Shown here: in pieces, positions 10,693-19,620 of the stretch
How the letters are laid out: every line of letters begins with the position of its first letter
Position numbering within the stretch: the first letter of the stretch is position 1
The notes under the pieces: model-generated
Database searches by the model: none
What the model saw: only the letters and a program-made list of their open reading frames with translations
Told to the model about the DNA's origin: nothing
From: Felis catus
Lineage: Eukaryota
Length of the DNA stretch: 64,000 nucleotides
NCBI RefSeq assembly: GCF_018350175.1
Contig: NC_058369.1
Location: 19,098,001-19,162,000 of the forward strand
Direction: 5' to 3'
Program-made: the position numbers and the translations under genes

Positions 10693-11561
10693 TAAAGTTT
10701 ATTTGTTTGTGTGTTTGTGTATTTATTTTGGTAATCCAAAATACTTTCATTGCCCCAAAAAGAAACTGTGTACCCATTAACAATCACTCCTTTGTCCCTC
10801 CTTACCCCAGTGACCACTATTTTCTTTCTGTCTCTACAAATTTGTCTCTTCCAAGCATTTCATATAAATGAAGTCAGATGACATGTGACCTCTTGGTGTC
10901 CAGCCTCTTTTACTTAACATCCTGATGTTTTCTTGAGGGTAGAAATTAGCAGATCTGTGGGTGATGTTTTATTTTTAGTAGTGGTAGATTATTTTGAAGA
11001 GGGAAGGCAACACTAACACTCCATAAATAAACAATTACTTATGACCAGAAGCTGTATATATAGAATAGGAAAATAAGTGCTTTTAACAGGTACTTGGTAT
11101 TGAGAGCTTGTGGTTTCTGAGAAAGAGGTGTGAAGCAATGAGGGACCCACCTGAGCAAGCCAAGCCTTGCGTGGTTCTTCCGCTCCTCTTGCTTGGTGAA
11201 GAGGTGAAGTCTGACCATTATCCAAGCAGTTCTTCTTAGTGGCCATGTTTTTGTTGTGACTTCTGCGTCTGACCCATACCACCTTCCCTAGAAGAGACAT
11301 GACAGATGTCTCTCCTGGGTCCCTGCTGAGTGAGTAGAGCGAATGACTAAGGAAGAAAGAAGTGGAGAGAGGTGCTACCTATCTCCCATTGCAGTTCATC
11401 CAACATACATCAGATCTGGTCTTCCAGGCTCCCAAACTGGCTTTTTACAACCCTGTGTTTGGTTACCTGGGTTTCCAAAGGGTTTTGATGGTTGGACCCA
11501 GTAATGAGCTGTTAACTGGTTGTCACAGAGGATTTGTGATTTAAAAACTCCTTCTGAACAA

Positions 11562-11678
11562 GGGGAGTCTGGCTGGCTCATTCGCCAGAGCATGCGACTC
11601 TTGATCTCAGGGTTGTGAGTTTGAGCCTCACGTTGGGTATAGAGATTACTTAAAAAATAAAATCTTGAAAAAAAAAAA
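11562..11678 (+). mobile_element. Short Can-SINE
   Basis: tRNA-like head and A tail; TSD-like CTCCT(T/G)CTGAAC flanks. Confidence 0.85.
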
Positions 11679-12048
11679 CCTCCTGCTGAACCACTTGTTC
11701 TGGCCTCCTGGTTTGTATAAACAGTCTATGGAAAGGAGTGAGACACATTGCTCTTCGGGTGCCCTCCAGGCCCACGGATTAGATTAATGGTATTACACTG
11801 TTGAGAAACCATATTCTACTTTTGTCTAAGAAGTTCTGTACCTCTTCACTGGCCAGTTCATCATCCTCACCACACCAACACATACAGCAGCTTCTCTCTG
11901 AGCAGGAGATACTACTGCTCTGCAACATGTTTTATGTTTATATGTTGAATTTTTTTTGACAAAACAATTTTGTGTGCCTTTTTGACAAAATGATCCTTTA
12001 ATGGTTTGACAAAGCAGAAAGTCTGCATTAATTGTGCTTTGTTTCTAG

Positions 12049-12210
12049 TACTACTACAATTCCTTGACCCAGCAGTACCTTTACTGGGATGGAGAGAAAG
12101 AGACGTACGTGCCAGCTGCGGAGTCCACCTCCCACCAGCAGACAGGCCTACCTCCTGCAAAAGAAGGGAAGGAGAAGAAGGAGAAACCCAAGAGCAAAAC
12201 AGCCCAGCAG
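12049..12210 (+). CDS. RBM5: RBM5 exon 18 ([25 protein letters not shown]...[14 protein letters not shown])
   Basis: ttctag| and |gtgaaa; 162 nt; second half of OCRE plus a KE-rich stretch. Confidence 0.96.
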
Positions 12211-12267
12211 GTGAAATAATGACCCAGCCAGGGGACTTCGAGGTCTTTCTGGGGTATTGGGCTTAGT

Positions 12268-12270
12268 TTC

Positions 12271-12302
<32 letters not shown>

Positions 12303-12353
12303 CTTTTCTTTTCTTTTCTTTTCTTTTCTTTTCTTTTCTTTTCTTTTCTTTTT
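12268..12353. repeat. (TTTTC)n pentanucleotide microsatellite in RBM5 intron 18
   Basis: Long TTTTC run starting about 57 nt after the exon 18 donor. Confidence 0.95.
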
Positions 12354-12731
12354 GAGTTGTGGCCTCTCTGTCAGCTTTATTTGGATTCTCAAAAGCTGGG
12401 CCACACGTTTAATTTACATTAAGTTCATAAAGCATTTTTAATTTTTTAGTTGTTTGTCAGTTGCCCATATACATACTTAGAAGGAAGTATATTTTGGAAC
12501 ACTGCACAGGCTTTCAATCGTTAATGATTTTGATTGTATGCAATCGTTTTGATTGTATGCAATAGTGTGTCATGAAGATATTTGTAGGTAGAAGTAAGGG
12601 CAAAGGGGGTTTTGTTCCAGAGCACGTGATTGAGGTGAGATCCTTAATGGCTTCTTACTGTGGCACAGGGGCTGACTGTTGTCTAAACTCACATATCTAA
12701 ATGGTTTTTTTTCATGGTTATTTGTCATTAG

Positions 12732-12881
12732 ATCGCTAAAGACATGGAACGCTGGGCTAAGAGTTTAAACAAGCAGAAAGAAAATTTTAAAAACAGTTTT
12801 CAACCTGTTAATTCCTTGAGGGAAGAAGAGAGGAGAGAGTCTGCTGCAGCAGATGCTGGCTTTGCTCTTTTTGAGAAAAAG
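12732..12881 (+). CDS. RBM5: RBM5 exon 19 ([23 protein letters not shown]...[10 protein letters not shown])
   Basis: cattag| and |gtaaca; 150 nt; overlaps ORF 12744..12935. Confidence 0.96.
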
Positions 12882-12964
12882 GTAACAGTAGCAGGAATGA
12901 CCATACTTCTTCATGGGAACTTAAGTAAAACTTGAGGCTTATGACTTGTTTCTCTGTTTCCCAG

Positions 12965-13036
12965 GGAGCCTTAGCTGAAAGGCAGCAGCTCATTCCAGAA
13001 TTGGTGCGAAATGGAGACGAGGAGAATCCCCTCAAA
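12965..13036 (+). CDS. RBM5: RBM5 exon 20 (GALAERQQLIPELVRNGDEENPLK)
   Basis: tcccag| and |gtaagg; 72 nt. Confidence 0.95.
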
Positions 13037-13677
13037 GTAAGGAAGGACCACCAGTGTTTTAAGGCCATTTTTGTGGTTTGTGTCTTCCTGTGATTCTCAG
13101 CTTCATCTTGGCTAATGTGATTCCTACTTAAAACTGGATGTGGTCACTGTTGGTGGGTATTGAAAAGCTTCTGCACATAGAATCCATGTCTAGAGCTTTA
13201 TTTTCTGGGTGAAAGCCAGTGAGATGGAGCATTGAATGAAGCCTGAATTTGAATTCCTAAGCTCAGTTGAGTTTTATTGCATTTGTAAATAGAGGGTTTT
13301 AACAGTTTGGAAAGAGAAAATTAAGACAATAAAAAGTGTTTTACTTGATAGATAGATAGTGTTTTACTTGATAGGTCTGGGTGGGCCATTATCCTGATCT
13401 GTCGTATTTGGGGTTTTCATCTATAATGAGTAGTTTGAAAACAACCATCCAGGAACTTTTCCTGGGCCCCAGGAGTTTGGTGCCAGCAGGCTGTCAGGCC
13501 CAGCACTTGAGGACCTGACTGTTCTGTACAGCCGGATAAATGCAATTTCACTGTTGAAGTATGGCATGGGGCATTGGGAGTTCTCACACATCTTGGATTA
13601 CACGTTGCTTTATCCAGATACATAGTCATCACTGCTTCCTGCTGTACATTTCCAATGACCCACCCTTTTGTCCCCAG

Positions 13678-13857
13678 AGGGGTCTGGTTGCTGCCTACAG
13701 TGGTGACAGTGACAATGAAGAGGAGCTCGTAGAGAGACTTGAGAGTGAGGAAGAAAAGCTGGCCGACTGGAAGAAGATGGCCTGCCTGCTTTGCCGGCGC
13801 CAGTTCCCTAACAGAGACGCCCTGGTCAGGCACCAGCAGCTCTCAGACCTTCACAAG
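13678..13857 (+). CDS. RBM5: RBM5 exon 21 ([12 protein letters not shown]...[26 protein letters not shown]2H2 zinc finger)
   Basis: ccccag| and |gtggcc; 180 nt; CxxC...H...H pattern. Confidence 0.97.
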
Positions 13858-14142
13858 GTGGCCATGATTCTCTGAGCTGATAAGAGGCAGGGAGGGGAGG
13901 CAATGAGGCAATATGGGTGCCCTGATGTTGAGTGAATGCCTTTCAGAAGACTGTTCTGATGGTAGTCTGTTCTACATCATAGAGTGGCAAAGAGCATGGC
14001 AGCTCCATATACACCAGGCTCTGGTTTTCATGCTGTAGTGTGTCGATTGGGCTTTGACTCTTAGACTAAATAGGTGTTGATAATGTTATTTCAAATTAGG
14101 ATGGTCCGAATTCTTACTACGTCTGTCAAATCTCTTGTACAG

Positions 14143-14217
14143 CAAAACATGGATATCTACCGACGATCCAGACTGAGTGAGCAGGAGCTGGAAGCCTTGG
14201 AGCTAAGGGAGAGAGAG
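14143..14217 (+). CDS. RBM5: RBM5 exon 22 (QNMDIYRRSRLSEQELEALELRERE)
   Basis: gtacag| and |gtgatt; 75 nt. Confidence 0.95.
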
Positions 14218-14700
14218 GTGATTGAGGGTCACTGTGCCACTAGAAGGAGTATCTTGTATTTGCTTTTAGCATTTATTTGTAGCACTTAATTCCAGGTCCC
14301 AGGGGCAAGGTAGGATTTGTTATACCACATGTCACCCGGCCATTGTGGCTCATGTCAGGTTATAGGTGCTTTGTGAGCACTCTGCACCCTCTCTTTATGA
14401 GGATGGACAGAAGCACATCCTCAGGGTTGCTCACAACTTGTGAATGCCAAATACTTACTGGTGAAGTATACTGGATTTTAGTAAAGAGAAGGTGATCTCT
14501 TCCGGCCTGCAACGAGGGAGGCTTCAAATTAGGCCCAGAGGATATCAGGGCATAAGACAGACGCAGTGATACAGAAGGAAGTAGTGGGCAGGACTGGGTT
14601 TGGGGTGAAGGCAGCAAAAGCAGGTGAGGCCAATAATGGACAGGCATTTAATGATTCATGAGGCAAGTTGAGGGCCAGCCAGGCTTTAAAAAGAAATTGA

Positions 14701-14921
14701 GGGGGGCGCCTGGGTGGCTTGGTCGGTTAAGCGTCTGACTTCAGCTCAGGTCATGATCTCACAGTCTGTGAGTTCGAGCCCCACATCGGGCTCTGTGCTG
14801 ACAGCTCAGAGCCTGGAGCCTGTTTCAGATTCTGTGTCTCCCTCTCTCTCTGCGCCTCCCCTGTTCATGCTCTGTCTCTCTCCGTCTCAAAAATAAATAA
14901 TAGTTAAAAAAAAAAAAAAAG
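14701..14921 (+). mobile_element. Young Can-SINE (SINEC_Fc-like)
   Basis: Near-consensus body, long A tail, TSD AAAAAGAAATTGAGGG. Confidence 0.93.
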
Positions 14922-15282
14922 AAAAAGAAATTGAGGGCCGTTGGTTAGAAATCAGCCACTGGGCAAGTTACTTGAAATTTTTCACCACGTGATAATTTTG
15001 TAGTTCGACTATCTGTAATTAGGGCTTTTGCTTTTCTGTTATTTTCCACTGTTTGTGGTGCCATCTGTCCCTGGAGATGGGCCTGTCCCAAGTGGTAAGA
15101 GGAATGGCATCTTTGCCCTGCTCTGCCTCTAGGACCCTGGGAGGCTGTACCCACGGCCTAGCAGGTCTGTTGAAGAGCTTGACAGGTGACGGCTAATTAA
15201 ATAAAATTTCTTGTTGGAGATGTAGGTGGGCCCCAGGTTCCACACACAGTTAATCCCTACAAACCGACCATTTTTTCAATAC

Positions 15283-15486
15283 GTTTTTTTTTAAGTTTAT
15301 TCATTTTTTTGAGAGAGGGTGTGTGTACACGAGCAGAGAGAGAGAGAATCCCAAGCAGTCTCCATGGCTCCACGCCGTCAGCACAGAGCACGACGCCAGG
15401 CTTGATCCCATGAACCCGTGAGATCATGACATGAGCCAAAATGAAGAATCAGACGCTCAACCAACTGAGCCACCCAGGGGTCCCCA
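15283..15486 (-). mobile_element. Can-SINE, antisense, RBM5 intron 22
   Basis: Poly-T, GA-rich tract, ending CTGAGCCACCCAGGGGTCCCC. Confidence 0.9.
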
Positions 15487-15676
15487 AATGTACCATTTTC
15501 GGTATTAAGTGCAGTAAGGGGAAAAAAACAAAGGTGTGAAGTGTTTCAGACCACTCAAAAAGGCCAAACTCCAGACTAAGGAAGTGTCTGAGGGTGGTAA
15601 TCACAAAGTCTAGGTGCATTAGGTTGTTGCAGCTTCAAGTCTGAATGTCTTTAACAGCGTTTTTTCTCGCACGTAG

Positions 15677-15774
15677 ATGAAATACCGAGATCGAGCCGCA
15701 GAAAGACGGGAGAAATACGGCATTCCAGAACCTCCAGAGCCCAAGCGCAAGAAGCAATTTGATGCTGGCACTGT
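15677..15774 (+). CDS. RBM5: RBM5 exon 23 ([33 protein letters not shown])
   Basis: acgtag| and |gtatgt; 98 nt; YRDRAAERR motif. Confidence 0.96.
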
Positions 15775-15852
15775 GTATGTGTTGTGTACCTTTTCCACTT
15801 CATTAGCAGGGGCTGTGGCTGTGTTAAGTAACTGTGTGTTTGCCACTGGCAG

Positions 15853-15982
15853 GAATTACGAGCAGCCCACCAAAGATGGCATTGACCACAGTAACATTGG
15901 CAACAAGATGCTGCAAGCCATGGGTTGGCGGGAAGGTTCAGGTTTGGGAAGAAAGTGTCAAGGCATCACAGCTCCCATCGAG
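15853..15982 (+). CDS. RBM5: RBM5 exon 24 (G-patch: [30 protein letters not shown])
   Basis: tggcag| and |gtaagc; 130 nt; canonical G-patch glycine spacing. Confidence 0.97.
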
Positions 15983-16921
15983 GTAAGCAGTGAGATTGGG
16001 CTTCTGTGGTTTGCAGGTTTATTTTGGTGATGAGATGAGGTCAAAGCACCCAGACAGCCTGGGACCCAGGGGCCAGCTTTACCTTTACCATAAAGGGCCA
16101 TCTCCTCTGGCAAGCCCAATGGAGTCTGGTTCCCGGCCGCCCTCCTTTATGTCACTCTTCTTTTAAGATGTCATTTGAGAGGAATGGGTGTGGTACCCTA
16201 CTTGATTTTTCTGGTCTTTGGTTTTCTTGGGTAAAAGCTATCTTGAGAACTGTATATTCCTATGTCCTGTTAGAAACAGCCCCTTACTGAACACTAATTC
16301 ATCCAGATAGCTTAGATTAGGTTTTTTTCAAGGTACACTGTGCTTTAATTTCTTAATCACCATGTAGGTGATCTTGGTTATGTATAAAACAAGTTACAAT
16401 TTAGTAGGATTTTTATCCATGATAAGAAATTTTTTTAGTTGCTCAAAGCTCAGATTGAGATGTAATCTCAGGGTCAGGAGTCCCCCACCCACTGGCCTTC
16501 TAGACAAGAGCGCCACCAGGGACTGTTCCTTCTCTAACCTGGCAGCCCAGCTTAGGTCAGACTCCTACAGGCCATGTTTATCTTGTGCAAGCCAGTTCTG
16601 CCATCGGGCTGTCCTGCTACAATCTGCCCATGATTACCAGACCTTCCTAGGCTTTAGTGGAGTATTTTGGGGCCCTTAATAGGTACAGAAGCCTGCTGAG
16701 CAGGCACTGGGAGACAGGGTTGGGGGATGTGTCTCCATCTGCCTGTCTTCCTTAGCACATTTTATTCCTTCAGTCCTTAACCCTACTCCAGGTCTCCAAA
16801 ACTTCCTCTCTTCTGTCCCCTGGTGGGTGGTCCTTTTCAGTTGGGAGTCTGCTGGATGAGCAGGGGTTGAAGCGGTCCACACCCTACCTGCCCTCTGCTG
16901 ACAGAAATTCTGTTCCCCTAG

Positions 16922-17047
16922 GCTCAAGTCCGGCTAAAAGGAGCTGGCCTAGGAGCCAAAGGCAGTGCATACGGACTGTCGGGTGCGGATTCCTACAAAG
17001 ATGCTGTCCGGAAGGCCATGTTTGCTCGGTTCACGGAGATGGAGTGA
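16922..17047 (+). CDS. RBM5: RBM5 exon 25, coding part (AQVRLKGAGLGAKGSAYGLSGADSYKDAVRKAMFARFTEME*)
   Basis: ccctag| acceptor; 41 codons then TGA at 17045-17047. Confidence 0.97.
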   Translation, partial: AQVRLKGAGLGAKGSAYGLSGADSYKDAVRKAMFARFTEME

Positions 17048-17600
17048 GGTTCAGAGAGAGAGGGAGGGCAAGAAAGATGATGAGCTCCTCGGAGCACAAG
17101 GAGTGGTCCATCTCCTGAATTCACTCTTAGCGCCTGTCTCTTTAAGGGCATGCCTTGTGCTGTTAATAGTTTTTAGGGCGAACCACTCCATTCTACAAGG
17201 TTCTCCCACTTAAAGGAGTTCCCCTTATATGGGCTGTCTGGTGAATGGCCTTCCTTCCTGCCAGAGGGCTTGTGAGCTGGCCAAGGGGACAGTGAGTCTT
17301 TTATACTTCAGTGTACATAGTGTAATGTAGTGTGTTTTACATGTGTAGCCCATGTCGTGGTCCGTCAGCCCCTCTCATTGCTAGGGGGTGTTGAGATGCC
17401 CTAGGTGGTATGTGACACCAAAGCCGCCTCTGTCATTTGTTGTGCTGTCTTTTCTTGGCAAAAGCCTTGTGTATATTTGTATATTACACATTTGTACAGA
17501 ATTTTGGAAGATTTTCAGTCTAGTTGCCAAATCTGGCTCCTTTACAAAAGAAATACCTTGAAAAATGAGTGTCTGCGTCTCTTTATTCTTGGGTGACCAG
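17048..17600 (+). terminator. RBM5: RBM5 3' UTR and probable non-canonical polyadenylation region
   Basis: No AATAAA or ATTAAA seen. There are three TGTA motifs (17470, 17478, 17493), a variant hexamer AAGAAA at 17548-17553 and a GT/T-rich downstream tract. The cleavage site is inferred. Confidence 0.6.
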
Positions 17601-19602
17601 GTGTGCAGAGCGTGTCTAAGCCAGTCAAGCCTGTTGGTGAGGTAAGTGTGTTAAAAGTTATTTATAAATAGTATTTTATGCTGTTTTCCTTTCCCCAACC
17701 TTGCTCAGATTCTTAAGTTCAGGAGTTTGCTAACATGCTTTAAAATTCTTCATGGAAACTCAGTCATATCTGAGTCAGCTTTTCCACTTGCAGTTTCTAA
17801 AGACCAAAGTGAGTATGAGCACTTGTGTTTCCCCAGTTGCCACAGATTGTATTCCAGCATGCAGCATTGGGCTGTTACTGCTCTACTGGGGTACAGGGGC
17901 TGAGGAGGAGGCCCTGTCCCCCGCCCCCTACTGCACTCCACTTGCCTTCTGTCCTCACGTCAGGTGCTGGGGATCTGTGTTCAGTGTGTTGCAGGGTTTA
18001 CCACTATCTGAATGGGTCATCCCATCCTTGTCATCTTGCCCAGCAAAGACCGCGCCTGATGAGGGCAGGAAGCATGCCTCTGTCTGAGAGGCTGCTCCAG
18101 GACCTGATGTGGTGATGGGGGATCCACGCTGCCAGGCTGGCTGAACTGAGCACACGGGCTCCATGTTTCGCATGTTGTTGGGGGAGGACTTCGCAAAGCT
18201 AGAGTACCATTGCTTTTGTGGGCGGTCACGTTTTCTTTTCAGGCAGGTCTGGCCCTTGTAAAAGGATGAAAAGTGCTCAGGTGGCACTTGAAGGTATATG
18301 GGCCCTCAGCCTAGCCTCCCCAGGGATGCTTTGGAAGAAATTGAGGCAAATACAGAAGCCGCACACTTGGGCTTCAGGGTAGCGCTTGGGAACCTCACAA
18401 AAATGGGTCCAGCCTACAGATTCCTGCCTTCCAGGGTCAGCCTTGGGGAGCGGAGACCAGCCCCACCTCCAGAGCCCTCATGCGTCATGGACGTGCTGCT
18501 GCTGCTGCTCTTTGCACCTGGGAAGCAGTCACAAGCAACCTAGTTAGGCACATCCTGACAGCCAGCCTGGAAGGTTCTTCCAGGTGAACACACACATCCT
18601 GAGATAGAGAAGCTCTTAATTACACACACCAACTCCTCAAAGTTTGAATGGAAGCCTCTATCCTGGGTAAGCCATCTTGAGCCCATATTGGCTGCCCCAC
18701 ATCAAGAAGGGCACTGTCCCATACTACTGCATACTACTTGGTGCGGGTACCATTTTCAGCTGCTCTGGGTTCCCACAAAGACTGCTCTGGACCATGGCAT
18801 CTTTCAGCTTTGTGTGGACTTTCCCACAAAAGTGAAATCTGTGTCCTTAACAGCTGGAGGCAGCCCCTCAAAGAAGGTGGAGGCCCCCCCTCTCCCACTT
18901 CTAGCCTGCCATACAGGCATACCCATCCAGGTGATGACAGCCTTCACCTTGCTTCTGAACCCATGAGCCCATTTCTTGAAGTTTGACAGGCCGTACATAC
19001 CTTTGGCTCTGGTCTCATGCACGGCCAAATTTGAGAGCTCCTGGGGACTGAATGGCTTTCATCCCCAAGGACCTGAGACTGAAACCCCAAGGGCCTAGGT
19101 ATCCCCCCCCCACACACACACACACACCCGCATCAGCCCATCATGGTCTGCTCCAACCCCAAGCCAAGAGATCTTTGTGCTGCGCTGCCCTGCCCACAGA
19201 GTTGCTGCCCCTCCCCGTTCCTGATGGGGTGCTGGGAGGGCAGTGCAAATATCCTAATCAGGGAAACCCAAATTCCAAATTTGGCAGGGTCTCTTACTGA
19301 ACTGGAGGGATCCTCCAGGGATCCCAAGTCTAGCCTGCCCTTGGCTGGGACAACTGCTACAATATTCAGGCTTTGAGGACCATCCAGGAGCAGCTGTCAT
19401 GGCCATGCATCAAACAAGTTTCAAAGCCCAGATGAGCAGCCAGGCCTGAGCTAAGCTCCCCAGGCATGCACAGTCTGCCCGGGGCGTCTCAAGGGCACCC
19501 AGAGCCCAGCCACTTACCAACCTGATGCCGAGGGATGAGTTCTCAGGGACAGGTGGGGTGTGAGGGGGAGAAGGCCCTGGAGAAGGGCACTTTGCTGCTG
19601 AC

Positions 19603-19620
19603 GGCCACCAGGTGGCAGCA
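19603..19620 (+). promoter_or_regulatory. Candidate CTCF site GGCCACCAGGTGGCAGCA
   Basis: Close match to the CTCF core consensus CCASYAGRKGGCRS, about 2 kb past the RBM5 3' end. Confidence 0.65.

Larger units (their letters stand above)
10120..10930 (-). mobile_element. Old L1 (L1MB-like) 3' fragment interrupted by three Can-SINEs
   Basis: Recognisable L1M 3'-end phrases (GAAATTCACATGACATAAAATTCAC, ACCATCACCAC, CCCCAAAAAGAAAC..GTACCCATTA, CATTTCATATAAATG). Family recalled, not searched. Confidence 0.7.

Noticed and set aside
12081..12404. Lysine/arginine-rich minus-strand ORF
   Set aside because: It is the translation of the (TTTTC)n microsatellite, antisense to RBM5 exon 18.
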